64,000 bases of DNA, from assembly GCA_944383765.1 (NCBI GenBank), contig CALWQT010000014.1, positions 463-64,462 of the forward strand. Reading direction: 5' to 3'. Positions within the stretch are counted from its first letter, which is position 1. Each line of letters begins with the position of its first letter. The notes under the pieces were generated by a model. It made no database searches. It saw only the letters and a program-made list of their open reading frames with translations, and was not told the DNA's origin. The translations under genes and the position numbers were made by a program. The DNA comes from an uncultured Lachnospiraceae bacterium. GTDB lineage: Bacteria > Bacillota > Clostridia > Lachnospirales > Lachnospiraceae. Below are positions 50,101 through 59,456 of this stretch, one piece after another.

Positions 50101-53100
50101 AGCAGCGGACCGAGAAGTGTCCGCAGAACAAAAAGAACTGTATGGATATACGGCAGTGAGCCGGGGAGCAGTGCCCAACATAGGAAGCTTTGACAGTGAA
50201 GGAGATTATACAGCAGTAATGCCGAATGAGACATTGGCAGTCGATTATCACTATGAGAGAAATCCTGCGGAATGGGTGAGCGTACATTTTAAAAAGGGAA
50301 GCAGCAGTTTTGTTGCGTTGTCGGGAGAAGGAATAAGCCCGGATGTGGTAGAAGTGACACCAGGCCAGGAATACCGTTCCGATGTGCTGAAGGAAGACGG
50401 GAATGGGAATGGCTATACTCTGTCAGAGATGCTGGAAAAGAATCTGGTGCCCAAGGTGACAGTCACAGATGACCACTATCAGTTTGCAGGCTGGAGTCTG
50501 GAAGGCCAGGAAGAGATCTTGGATGGGGAAACTCGTTTTAGCGGGCCAGCAACCTTAGTCCCGGTAATAGAAAAGAACCCGGCCAAATGGGTAAAGGTAC
50601 AGTTTGCGGCAGGGGAGCATGGAAGCATCAACCCGGGAGAGACGACAGAAAGAGAGTATGAGATCGAAAAGACCTGGGGAGATATTTCAGGTGAGCTGCC
50701 TGAGGCGACACCGGAAGTCAATTACCTGGAAGAAGGCTGGTATGACGGGACCGTTCCAATGGAAGGAAGCATGAGCCTGAGAAACGGGGCAGTATATACC
50801 ATTCAGTTTTACCCGGATCCGTCGATCTGGGGGACCAATGTTTCCCGGCCGGAAGCAACCGGAGGGATCCACCCGGAGACAGGAAAAGGAAGGATCACCA
50901 TATATGGTGCAGATGAAGGTTACCAGTATGTGGTGACGGAAGCAGATGGTACGATCCTGGATATCCAGGAAGGCACGATCACAGGCCGCATCTATACGGA
51001 AGGGCTGTATCCGGAAGGAAGCTATCTGGTCTATGAGACAGCAGGAAGCACGAATCTTTCCAAAGGCGGAAACATCACATCGGCTAATGGGACGGTGAGC
51101 GACCCAGAGGAAGTGGTGATCCCGGTAGTAGAGGGCAATTATCAGATTACCTTTGATGAAGAACATGATGGGAAGACAGTCCTGACGATATCCCCGGCGG
51201 ACCCGGAGTCAAGATACGCACTGCTGGATGGGGCAGGAGAGTTAGTCTATGACTGGCAGGAAGCAGGAGGAAGCATTACCTTCCGGGAGCTGGATTACAA
51301 TACAGAGTATGTGGTGGTGGCGAAGCCTAAAGATATGTCAGAGGGAACGCCGCAGGACCGTTACGCCAACGGAAGCCGTATCGTAACAGACCCGGGAACC
51401 GTGCTTGAGATCGAGAATTATGTAGTAGAAACGGTGGATGGTACGGTGGTGAGCGTAGATGGAGAAGAAGTGGGAGAATCCCGTTATCTGGAAGCGCATA
51501 AGGGAGACAGCGTAGTGATCCATGCGGAAGACGAGGACAGCGCCGGAATGGCCTTCCGTTACTGGGAGGTGCTGATAGGGACTGTTCCTGGAGAAGGGCG
51601 TAAGATTTATGAGAAAGATGTCACCTTTGTGATGCCGTCAGCCAATGTGGTATTGGCAGCCCGTTACGAGAGCAGCCATAGTTCTGGAAGCCTTGCAGAA
51701 GTGGAACAGGAGAGCAGAGGAGGAAATGGGGAACTGTCTATGGACACCACGGTGATACCGGGGCTGGAGGAAGCATTCACTACGGTGAAAGACCGGGAAC
51801 TGATAGATGTGAATGGAGCCAGCGTGAAATATAAGGTAGTGTTCCAGAAGAACAAGGTAAAAGAAGAAGAGGCAGATCTGGTAAGGGCAGAGTCCCCATA
51901 TAGCGAGCATGAAGAGGCATTTAAGGATGCCTGGGGCCTGGATGTGGAACTGGAGAGGTATGTAAATGGAAGGAAAGTAGTGGCAACGCCATCGGAACTG
52001 GCAACCGTGTCAGAGATACCGGTGTATATACAGTTGGATAAGGAAGATGTGGACATGCTGGACTATGGACTGTATGAGATCAGGGAAGATGAAGACGGGG
52101 AAGAATATGCGGTTGCAGTGGAACTGGCATCAGACAGCACAGACCCGGAGGCTAACGGAGGTCTGTTTAAGTTCGAAGCCTATATAGGGAGAAGGTATGT
52201 GTTTGTATACTCCAAGGCGTACCGGGTGTATTTCATCAACGATGTGATCGAGAACCAGTACCAGAAATATTTCAAGGTGAGACGGGAAGAGAGCATAGGA
52301 GATGGAGAGTATTCCCTGAGTTGGCAGGAGATCCAGGATGATTATGAAAACTGGGACAGCCATGATGCGGATGGAAGGCTGGGAATGTCGCCATATCGCA
52401 GCCGGTCCACGGGAGTGGAATACTGGGATGGATACTGGTCATACAGCAAGAAGAGACGGAGTGGGGCCGAGGTGCCAGTATTTGACACAGACAAGGAGAT
52501 CACCCGTGAGACATATGTGTATATGAATTATCTGCACAATGACCAGGGGAAAGTGGATGAGACCCGGAAAGACCTGGAAGACATGCTGGGAGACCTGATA
52601 GAGATAGCAGATGATCCGTTCCTGAAGAAGCATGAGACAGAGGAGATCAAAGAGGTGATCCGTGAAGGGCTGGATATCCTAGATGGAGAGAAGAATGCAG
52701 ATGGAACCATCACGATGCCGCCGCTGAGTGTATTGGAAGAGTGGAAAGAGCGGATAGAAAGTGTGCTGGAGGAAACGAAAGAGGTCCTGGATGGAAGGTA
52801 TGACGGTTATGGGGATGTGCAGGATGACACCGTCCATGGAGGAAGCGGAAGCGGAGGCGGAAGCGGAAATGGAAGTGGTGGAAGCGGAAGCAGCGGAGGC
52901 GGAAGTGCTGGAAGCGGAAGCGGCCCGTTCAATCCAACCCCGGTGAAGGATTATGTGATCGGGACTAATGGGACATGGGATCTGCTTGATCCGAAAAAGT
53001 ATGAATGGGCGTTTATATTGAATGGAGGAGAACGCCTGAAAAATATGTGGGCATCATTGAGTTACCAGTATGAAGGGACGAACCGTAAAGGATGGTATCG

Positions 53101-53407
53101 TTTCAGCGAAGCAGGATTAGTGATGAGCGGCTGGTATCAGGATGAAAAAGGAAACTGGTATTATCTGAACCCATCCCATGATGGCTGGTATGGAGAGATG
53201 CAGACAGGCTGGCATTATGAGGGAGGGGAAGGAAACTGGTATTACCTGGATCCGGTGACAGGAGCGATGGCGACAGGCTGGAGAGAGATCGGCGGGAAAT
53301 GGTACTACTTCAATGAGACAGCCCAGAAGCCATATGGAGCCATGTATGCGGGGACAGAGACCCCGGATGGATATCGGGTAGGCCAGGATGGAAGCTGGTT
53401 ACAGTAA
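47198..53407 (+). CDS. giant secreted surface protein (2069 aa): beta-helix-like region, multiple Listeria-Bacteroides/InlB B-type repeats, Gly-Ser linker, C-terminal cell-wall-binding repeats
   Basis: Signal peptide ...SSLPANMTVWA. YYVHPTAGSDSAEGSYSAPLKTIGAAM (DUF1565/beta-helix start). Repeats such as FETYGG...DGYIFKGWSL. GGSGSGGGSGNGSGGSGSSGGGSAGSGSG linker. GWYRF/GNWYYL/GKWYYF anchors. Confidence 0.85.
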   Translation: MTKKNWKLRLKRQLAGLLSICVIAASSLPANMTVWAAPSETELENEDLDRMGSCDSTSYYFKAPTSGGTGQSGNGHLIDFRGHRTPSRGYNTSDSTTMKTTYANYGYGTYINTSPTGGSASKRVTIATNGGVSTMYGGDLEVKMKVSSSADDKYVLFDYWLYNATAESKTYYLGSGTDVMIGNDDTATCILNERGIHMVNGRQGTADYFAAFDAILCDDEELGTTAVDTKWVGRYTEFLTNIYRNSSSNKVENIDSGIAFSWTIPMRPYETVHKRVAFSVRLSSYYVHPTAGSDSAEGSYSAPLKTIGAAMDKIGGKKGYIFIMDDYSISASEIDTIQSKWRNNMDITILSTDFTMDEEVSDEIMTIRAADAQARQKSLFTVTANRSLQFNDIKLSGENFAGSDNEPLLSNQGGTLGIGSGTEITGCLSDREDVLGSVIEVESGNLSMNDCKIQNNSANGEKRGAVYFNGTQFTVSNNIQITGNTPGNVVLGNGKVMEVTGDLGEGEIGVTAMQDPASSDGNITSSDQEVVVAKASGSYGETLMGVPFADNFKSDRDAEGITIGVGTYGANRDNSVVLWRSQRKLSVNYELVGGGTVGGAPEESEIGLGAGESVSYEIQPVSGYRLSSYVMEPDSDQIRVDLDGMRITGSMPDSDVRITLQWELIQGSISFETYGGVPQPDALTGNVGGPVGGLMPTGIQKDGYIFKGWSLTPEQDGELVDSGDFPTNFPLMPVVYYAQYEMDPSVAFDYTVKYTNASEDITFNTITTGNHPVESEISAQKREIPGYTFTDDDGYTVPATYQYIFASGTNVGAFEDGRFTGKMPGQNATVVFPYRVDQDVTQTFTVKYQTDRGDGQVPTEVASPVSGQYCAEAIITASPVTVDGYVLTGWEITKGNEAGTDDSNLVSQVQGSFDSAGNFQGSMPNQEVEITYLYEATDQGYSFQTRYLDDDSRDVMLQDIVAPITHVVAADREVSAEQKELYGYTAVSRGAVPNIGSFDSEGDYTAVMPNETLAVDYHYERNPAEWVSVHFKKGSSSFVALSGEGISPDVVEVTPGQEYRSDVLKEDGNGNGYTLSEMLEKNLVPKVTVTDDHYQFAGWSLEGQEEILDGETRFSGPATLVPVIEKNPAKWVKVQFAAGEHGSINPGETTEREYEIEKTWGDISGELPEATPEVNYLEEGWYDGTVPMEGSMSLRNGAVYTIQFYPDPSIWGTNVSRPEATGGIHPETGKGRITIYGADEGYQYVVTEADGTILDIQEGTITGRIYTEGLYPEGSYLVYETAGSTNLSKGGNITSANGTVSDPEEVVIPVVEGNYQITFDEEHDGKTVLTISPADPESRYALLDGAGELVYDWQEAGGSITFRELDYNTEYVVVAKPKDMSEGTPQDRYANGSRIVTDPGTVLEIENYVVETVDGTVVSVDGEEVGESRYLEAHKGDSVVIHAEDEDSAGMAFRYWEVLIGTVPGEGRKIYEKDVTFVMPSANVVLAARYESSHSSGSLAEVEQESRGGNGELSMDTTVIPGLEEAFTTVKDRELIDVNGASVKYKVVFQKNKVKEEEADLVRAESPYSEHEEAFKDAWGLDVELERYVNGRKVVATPSELATVSEIPVYIQLDKEDVDMLDYGLYEIREDEDGEEYAVAVELASDSTDPEANGGLFKFEAYIGRRYVFVYSKAYRVYFINDVIENQYQKYFKVRREESIGDGEYSLSWQEIQDDYENWDSHDADGRLGMSPYRSRSTGVEYWDGYWSYSKKRRSGAEVPVFDTDKEITRETYVYMNYLHNDQGKVDETRKDLEDMLGDLIEIADDPFLKKHETEEIKEVIREGLDILDGEKNADGTITMPPLSVLEEWKERIESVLEETKEVLDGRYDGYGDVQDDTVHGGSGSGGGSGNGSGGSGSSGGGSAGSGSGPFNPTPVKDYVIGTNGTWDLLDPKKYEWAFILNGGERLKNMWASLSYQYEGTNRKGWYRFSEAGLVMSGWYQDEKGNWYYLNPSHDGWYGEMQTGWHYEGGEGNWYYLDPVTGAMATGWREIGGKWYYFNETAQKPYGAMYAGTETPDGYRVGQDGSWLQ
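52838..52924 (+). repeat. GGAAGC-type hexanucleotide tandem array encoding the Gly-Ser linker
   Basis: GGAGGAAGCGGAAGCGGAGGCGGAAGCGGAAATGGAAGTGGTGGAAGCGGAAGCAGCGGAGGCGGAAGTGCTGGAAGCGGAAGCGGC. Confidence 0.8.
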
Positions 53408-53424
53408 AGGGAGGAACAGACAGT

Positions 53425-56400
53425 ATGCTTCAAAAACAGTTGAAACGGCAGATGGCGGGAACGTTGGCTGCAGCCATGGTTATGACCATGGCTGCAGGCC
53501 CAGCGCCTGTTTATGCAGAATCTACAGGGACATCTGTATTTGAATTTATTACAGAGTCAGGCCCGGATATGAGTTATACCAATTATTCTCAAATGCAAGA
53601 TGGTGCTTCTGGTCCCAGAAGCAAAATTGCTACGGGTAATCAGGGGCAGCCAATTGTAGAGAGTAATCAATTTATTGGTGTAGATACAGAAATTAGAGGG
53701 GGAAATCCCAGACCGGTAATTCCGGAATTTAGAGATGGAATAACGTGGGAAGGTTACCGTTTTATAGGTTGGGAAGGAGAAGATGGAGAGATTCTTCAAA
53801 ATCTTCCATATGTATATCCCTATAAAGAAAGAACGACTTATACGGCAGTTTATCAGCCAAATGTGGATAATACCTATACATTAACAACTTATCATTTTAG
53901 GGATTTAGATGAAGACCGTAATAGTCAGACAGGTGATGCGGCTTGGCCAGGTGATGAAGATCCTAATATTATCAAATTTTTAGGAGGTGTGGAAAGTAAA
54001 TCAGGGATTATCGCGGATACTGTTGTCAATGTTGCTGGAAAAAGTGGAATTCCAGGATATATAGTAGATAGCGTTTTGATAAAGAATGACCATAAAAGAG
54101 ATTATGGTGAAGCAAACGGGGCTGGTTCTTTGGATAGTACAGTTACTTATGATAATGGAAAAGTGACTGGAACCATGCCAAACGATAATTTAACATTGGC
54201 TTTTCGTTATAAACCAGATGAGGGAAGAACATTTACCTTGAAAGTAGAGTATCGAAGAGCATCAGAGGAAGGTTTGGGAGAGCGGATAGCTCCAACAGAA
54301 GAGTTTTATTATTCCGTAGAAGATGAGATCAATGTGGAACCCCAAAATATTCCTGGTTATATCTTAGAAGGAGGAGAAGTGACCTCAGGTACGGTAGATG
54401 CTTTGGAAACCAGAGGGGTATATGGAGTAGAGGGAACGTTTAATGATGCATGGAACTATACAGGGAATATGCCCAACCAGAATGTAACCATTGTTTATGA
54501 ATATGATATAGATCCTAATGCGCAGGCAGTGATTACTGTTAAGGAAATAGATGACCGGGATAATATACTGGAAGAGGCGTCTACTTACACTGTCAATTAC
54601 GGAGAGACGTTGGAATATTCTTTTTGTGAAGCTTCTCAGGAAGGTTATATAGGAACTCCTAATATTGTCTGGGATAATCTGGGAGGAGTAGAAAGTGTAG
54701 CTTTAAATGAAGATGGGGATGGCCTAGTGATTCAAGCTGGAACTGGTGAAGGCACTGTGACAGTTACTCATATAACTAATTATCAGGATAGCAGCCGTTG
54801 GGGAAGAATTGTTTATTACAATGGACAGAAAGGAAGCCTTGTTGGCGATACCAGTCCGAAATTGGTTTCCGTGGGAGAGCATCAGCTTTCGGAACTTCTT
54901 GGAGAAGGAGAGGCGGAAGGTGGAGAAGATAAATTCACTCTTTCAGCAGAAGATGGTTATCAGTTTAACGGTTGGTATAAAGCCAGCCCAGATGGTTCCG
55001 GAAAGGTAGGAGAACGACTGGATACCAATGGTAATACAGAGGTAACGATTCATATTCCCCAGGGAGGTTTGGGGTTATATGCAGACTTTGTAGAAGATCC
55101 TTCTCGGTGGATTGATCTTACATTTGCAGCTGGAGCTAACGGAAGAATTGTATCAGGGCAGGTTAATCAGCATCTGAAATTACCGGCAGAAGGAGCTTTA
55201 ACGTGGAATCAGTTACAGTTACCTCAGGTGCAGGCAGAAGAGGGTTATACGTTTGCAGGTTGGTATAATGAAGCCGGTACGAAAATGGACGATGTGTCTA
55301 TAACGGAGTTGGCACAGATTATGACTAGCCAGACATTTACAGCTAGGTTTAGTCGTATTGGAGTGGGGACAGATGATATTCTTAGAGTACCCAATGCAGA
55401 AGCCAAGATTGGGACAGATGGTAATGGGTCAGTAAGAATTCAAGATGCCAATGCAGATAGAAAATATGTGATTACGGATTCTCAGAAGAACATCGTTGAA
55501 GCCAAAACAGGGTTATCAATGGAAACAGGAGCTTTCAGTAATCTGGAATTAAGCTCAGCGTACTATGTATATGAATTGAGCAATGAGGTTAATCTGGAAA
55601 GCTTGGTTAGAGGAGAAGCACTGGAAACGGTGGTGGAAGAAGACTTAAGAAGTCAGCCTGCAATAGTAACACTGTTGGCTCTTGGCAATAATTATTCTAT
55701 TAGCAACGATGAAAATGGAAATCGTAAGATCGTTATACGTCCAGCTGCTTCTAATATGGTATATGGAGTATTAAATAGTTCAGGGGAAGTTGTTTCTCAG
55801 AGCGGTTCTGATTGGGTGAGCGCATCTGGAACCCCCAGAACAGCAGAATTGAAGGGCTTGACTTCTAATACTACTTACCGTGTAGTAGCAAAAGCAGAAG
55901 GAAATAGTGACACTCCTGTAGAACGTGATAATTATGCAAGTACGGTATGGGTAAATGGTTCAGCAGTTGAAGATCAGACTTATACAATATTGATGGAAAA
56001 TGGAGGATATGTGGAATCTGCAGGAGGAGAAGTACCACAGAATCCGATGCGTGTATCTGCGACTGCAGGAAGCAGAGTTTGGATCAATGCCCCAGAAGAT
56101 AATGCGGGAAGAGCATTTGAAGGCTGGGAAGTTTTGGCAGGAAATGTGACTCTGGAAAATGCGATGGCAACCCGTACGTGGTTTAGTATGCCAACTGAGC
56201 CGGTAAGGTTAAAGGCAACTTATGCAACAGATCCCTCTGCGACACCATCCAACATTACGGTAGAAGTGGAATCTGCTGGAAACGTATTTGGTTTAAGTAC
56301 ACTTGATGCTGATATGGAAACTTTGAAAGAGGAGCTGACAGATAACTCAGAAGATCAGGAAGCACTCAACCAGGGTAAAGCCATTCAGTATACGGTGAAA

Positions 56401-57852
56401 ATGAATAGTAGGACAGTCGTTGCTACTGCATCAGAAGCAGTTAAAGATGTGGTAGGTGAAGACAGGAAGTTGGCCTGGAGTATGACACCGGAGCTGAGCA
56501 GAAAGGTAGATGGTGTAGGTAGAGAGATACCGCAAGGAGTTGATCCTGATCTCCATATTTATGTGTTCCTGGAAGAGAATGATCTGAAAGGACGGGATTA
56601 TCAGCTTTGGAAAGTAGATTTATCAGACGGATCTGTTGAACTGGTGAATACAGATGGTTTGGTTCGGGATGACAGTTTTGATGGCATCTTTACGTTCACA
56701 GGAAGAGTGGGTGAAACTTATGTCTTGTCTTATGAGGAGACCTGTAAAGTCAGGATTGTTGATCCGAGGGGTATCGGTGGCGGAACCATAATGGTCGGAA
56801 AAGGAAATAGCTTGGAAGATGAAGGCGGAATGGAGTTGCTCGATGAACTGGGAATTGAAAGCGAGTATACCGATCCGGTAACAGGAATTTCCTATGAATT
56901 AGATGGTTTATCTAAACAGGCAGGTTCCTCACAGAAATATGATATAACGGATCCAATTACCAGAGATTTGATTTTATATGCAGTTTATGTAGAAGCAGAT
57001 GCTGAAGAATGGCAGGAGGCATGGGATAAGCTGAGAGATGAGATTGATACTGCGAATGCTTTGAGTCAGGAATCTTCAATCAGTCAAACGGACAGAGACA
57101 GGTTAACGGCAGCTGTAGAAGAAGCTGTTGGTATCTTGAATATGACTAATCCCAGAGCTACTACAGCAGAATTGGAAGCAGCATATAATGATTTGAAAGC
57201 GTTGGTTGATGAGATCCGGAACAATAGCGGACAAGGTGGCGATGATGGAGATGGAGGCGGAAGTAGCGGATCTGGCAGTGGAAGCGGTGGATCTGGCAGT
57301 GGAAGTACTAGCGGTGTTCGCGTAAATACACAGCAGGCAGATTATATAGCTGGTGTGGATGGTACTTGGAAAATTAGAGACAATGCAGGAAATGTCTGGG
57401 GATTTTTATTAAATACTGGAAACTGGGCGATGGGACGTTGTAATATCCAGGAAAGAAATGGAAAAATTCATACATACCATTTTGATTCGTTGGGAGTAAT
57501 GACCAGCGGATGGCTCCGGGACGAAACAGGGGTATGGTATTATTTCTCTACGGATCATGACGGCAGTTTTGGACAGATGAAGACTGGCTGGTTATGGAAT
57601 CGGGTAGATGGAAAATGGTATTACCTGGATGCAATCTCTGGCAAGATGCAGATTGGCTGGAAAAAAATTGGTTATGACTGGTATTACTTGACAGAGAGAA
57701 ATGTAATTACTTCCTATATTTATAATGAAGATTCCAAAGTGTGGGAGTATCGTCAGGTGTCAGAGCATCCTTATGGATCTTTATATGTAAACGCAATCAC
57801 TCCAGATGGCTATCAGGTAGACAGCAGCGGTAAATGGATTTCAGAAAAATAA
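53425..57852 (+). CDS. giant secreted surface protein (1475 aa), paralogous architecture: MucBP-like and InlB B-type repeats, Gly-Ser linker, cell-wall-binding repeats
   Basis: Signal peptide ...AAGPAPVYA. RFIGWEGEDGE, YQFNGWYKA, YTFAGWYNE repeat cores. Blocks homologous to 47198..53407 (FEGWEVLAGNV vs FRYWEVLIGTV). GGGSSGSGSGSGGSGSGSTSG linker. GWLRD/GVWYYF/GKWYYL anchors. Confidence 0.85.
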   Translation: MLQKQLKRQMAGTLAAAMVMTMAAGPAPVYAESTGTSVFEFITESGPDMSYTNYSQMQDGASGPRSKIATGNQGQPIVESNQFIGVDTEIRGGNPRPVIPEFRDGITWEGYRFIGWEGEDGEILQNLPYVYPYKERTTYTAVYQPNVDNTYTLTTYHFRDLDEDRNSQTGDAAWPGDEDPNIIKFLGGVESKSGIIADTVVNVAGKSGIPGYIVDSVLIKNDHKRDYGEANGAGSLDSTVTYDNGKVTGTMPNDNLTLAFRYKPDEGRTFTLKVEYRRASEEGLGERIAPTEEFYYSVEDEINVEPQNIPGYILEGGEVTSGTVDALETRGVYGVEGTFNDAWNYTGNMPNQNVTIVYEYDIDPNAQAVITVKEIDDRDNILEEASTYTVNYGETLEYSFCEASQEGYIGTPNIVWDNLGGVESVALNEDGDGLVIQAGTGEGTVTVTHITNYQDSSRWGRIVYYNGQKGSLVGDTSPKLVSVGEHQLSELLGEGEAEGGEDKFTLSAEDGYQFNGWYKASPDGSGKVGERLDTNGNTEVTIHIPQGGLGLYADFVEDPSRWIDLTFAAGANGRIVSGQVNQHLKLPAEGALTWNQLQLPQVQAEEGYTFAGWYNEAGTKMDDVSITELAQIMTSQTFTARFSRIGVGTDDILRVPNAEAKIGTDGNGSVRIQDANADRKYVITDSQKNIVEAKTGLSMETGAFSNLELSSAYYVYELSNEVNLESLVRGEALETVVEEDLRSQPAIVTLLALGNNYSISNDENGNRKIVIRPAASNMVYGVLNSSGEVVSQSGSDWVSASGTPRTAELKGLTSNTTYRVVAKAEGNSDTPVERDNYASTVWVNGSAVEDQTYTILMENGGYVESAGGEVPQNPMRVSATAGSRVWINAPEDNAGRAFEGWEVLAGNVTLENAMATRTWFSMPTEPVRLKATYATDPSATPSNITVEVESAGNVFGLSTLDADMETLKEELTDNSEDQEALNQGKAIQYTVKMNSRTVVATASEAVKDVVGEDRKLAWSMTPELSRKVDGVGREIPQGVDPDLHIYVFLEENDLKGRDYQLWKVDLSDGSVELVNTDGLVRDDSFDGIFTFTGRVGETYVLSYEETCKVRIVDPRGIGGGTIMVGKGNSLEDEGGMELLDELGIESEYTDPVTGISYELDGLSKQAGSSQKYDITDPITRDLILYAVYVEADAEEWQEAWDKLRDEIDTANALSQESSISQTDRDRLTAAVEEAVGILNMTNPRATTAELEAAYNDLKALVDEIRNNSGQGGDDGDGGGSSGSGSGSGGSGSGSTSGVRVNTQQADYIAGVDGTWKIRDNAGNVWGFLLNTGNWAMGRCNIQERNGKIHTYHFDSLGVMTSGWLRDETGVWYYFSTDHDGSFGQMKTGWLWNRVDGKWYYLDAISGKMQIGWKKIGYDWYYLTERNVITSYIYNEDSKVWEYRQVSEHPYGSLYVNAITPDGYQVDSSGKWISEK
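57253..57314 (+). repeat. Gly-Ser linker repeat with exact 17-nt direct repeat GGATCTGGCAGTGGAAG (57268-57284, 57289-57305)
   Basis: Read directly; 21-nt period. Confidence 0.8.
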
Positions 57853-57872
57853 AATAGTATCAAAGTAGTAAA

Positions 57873-57930
57873 AAGAAGGGGAGGCGAAATGTGGAGTCTA
57901 AAGTTACAACACAGCCCCCCTTCTTTTGTT
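57873..57930 (+). terminator. operon-end hairpin AAGAAGGGG...CCCCTTCTT + TTGTT
   Basis: 9-bp outer stem plus GGC/GCC extension around a large loop; T-rich tail. Confidence 0.4.
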
Positions 57931-57963
57931 ACAAGAAAGATAAGCAGCGATTGGTAATAAAAT

Positions 57964-58608
57964 ATGAAAAAAGAAATGAAAGGGAAAAAGTTTGGAAGGT
58001 TAACCGTTATACAAGAGGAAGGGAAAAGCAAACAGGGAAGTTATCTTTGGAGATGCCGGTGCGATTGTGGAAATGAAACGGTGGTCTCTGGTTCCCATTT
58101 ACGTTCGGGGCACACAAAAAGCTGTGGCTGTTATGGAAGAGAGCAGATTAGAAGAAGAGAAAAAGATTTAACAGGAAAACGTTTTGGTAGATTAACAGTG
58201 ATAAAGCCGGCAGAGAAAGAAAATAAAGGCAGAGGTTATTGGCTATGTCAGTGTGATTGCGGAAAACAGGTAATCTGTTATAAAGAAAATCTGTGTGGAG
58301 GCATTACCAGAAGCTGTGGCTGCTTGGTGGCAGAGACAAGAAAAAAGAATATGAAAAAAGCCATTCATTTTGTAGATGGAACTTGTGTGGAAAAAATAGC
58401 GTTTTCTGTTCGGAATCCAAGTAAAGATGAGAGTCAGAAGGGAGTTTATAAAAGAGAAAATGGAAAATGGAGAGCAGCGATCGGATTTAAAGGAAAAGTT
58501 TATAATCTAGGTACATTTTCTAAGTATGAGGATGCGGTACAGGCCCGATTAAAAGCTCAAAATCAGTTATATATTCCATTTTTAAAAGAACAGGGCATTC
58601 AGTGGTGA
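57964..58608 (+). CDS. AP2-domain DNA-binding protein with two N-terminal Cys4 repeats
   Basis: Two copies of K-[KR]-FGRLTVI...W.C.CDCG......L..G...SCGC. C-terminal GVYKRENGKWRAAIGFKGKVYNLGTFSKYEDAVQARLKA is AP2-like. Confidence 0.75.
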   Translation: MKKEMKGKKFGRLTVIQEEGKSKQGSYLWRCRCDCGNETVVSGSHLRSGHTKSCGCYGREQIRRREKDLTGKRFGRLTVIKPAEKENKGRGYWLCQCDCGKQVICYKENLCGGITRSCGCLVAETRKKNMKKAIHFVDGTCVEKIAFSVRNPSKDESQKGVYKRENGKWRAAIGFKGKVYNLGTFSKYEDAVQARLKAQNQLYIPFLKEQGIQW

Positions 58609-58640
58609 AATGGTTTAAGGGAACCGCTCAGTAGGAAAGT

Positions 58641-58667
58641 TGCAGGCAAAAGAATATTTTGCCTGCA
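58641..58667. terminator. hairpin TGCAGGCAAAA-GAATA-TTTTGCCTGCA between convergent genes
   Basis: 11-bp perfect stem. Confidence 0.55.
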
Positions 58668-58772
58668 TGAGAATATCTGTGTAAACGTACGCTTTATTGG
58701 AAAGAACTTTGAAAAAGCAACAAGAGACGGAGTAATTTGTTGTTGAAAGAGGAAAAGGAGCAGTGGCCATTT

Positions 58773-59333
58773 TTAAGGAAGCGTTACTGCCATATAAGAA
58801 TGATGGACTGCCGGCAGGAATTTTTCCAGTATATCAGAAGTTTTTAATTTCAGGCTGGAAGTATTGATGCAGGGGTGGCAGCCCAGATATTCATGAGCCA
58901 ACACGTCAGAATCAATGAGAAGCTGAACATGGTTTTCCGTGTCATTCATAAGCCCCAGGACCGTAACGGAACCGGGCGTTACGTCCAGATAGGTTTTCAT
59001 AAACTCTTCTCCGGCAAAGGAGAGACGGGCGGAGCCAATCTGTTTGGACAGAACGGCAGTGCGGAATTTTTTCGTTCCAGGCATCATTAAGAGATAGAAA
59101 CGTGTTTTCTGGGCATTGCAGAGAAACAGATTTTTGCAGATTTCAATTCCCAGGCGTTTGTCAATATCGTGGCATTCTTCTATGGTGGCGGTAGCGCTGT
59201 GATCCAGACGGGAATAAGGGATTGACAGGCTGTCCAGCAGGTTATAAGTCCGTATTTCAGAAGGAAGGCGGCCGGATTCATTTTGAGGTCTTCCGGAATA
59301 CAGGACAGGATCTATGTAATATGTTTCGTCCAT
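58773..59333 (-). CDS. YbaK/ProX-type aminoacyl-tRNA deacylase domain protein
   Basis: GGAGG then ATG 59333. 186 aa; ...CKNLFLCNAQKTRFYLLMMPG.KKF...GSV..LG... pattern of prolyl-tRNA-synthetase-associated editing domains. Confidence 0.65.
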   Translation of the reverse strand: MDETYYIDPVLYSGRPQNESGRLPSEIRTYNLLDSLSIPYSRLDHSATATIEECHDIDKRLGIEICKNLFLCNAQKTRFYLLMMPGTKKFRTAVLSKQIGSARLSFAGEEFMKTYLDVTPGSVTVLGLMNDTENHVQLLIDSDVLAHEYLGCHPCINTSSLKLKTSDILEKFLPAVHHSYMAVTLP

Positions 59334-59456
59334 AAAAACCTCCAGATTGTTTTTTGTTTTATTATACCGGTATGTCCATGATTTGCAAGAGAAAGATTGC
59401 ATTTTCCCACGGACCGGGTTATAATTTCGCCATTGGAATTAAAGGAGCTGTATGAT

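Noticed and set aside
49277-50287. 336-aa antisense ORF inside the giant surface-protein gene (similar long antisense ORFs at 36567..37598 and 35483..36211)
   Set aside because: These are shadow ORFs opposite well-supported genes with clear family motifs. Their translations are low-complexity and rich in Cys, His and Arg, with no RBS.
52761-52946. 61-aa ORF rich in EAEAEA repeats
   Set aside because: It is an alternative-frame reading of the GGAAGC Gly-Ser linker array inside the 2069-aa gene. No RBS; a repeat artefact.
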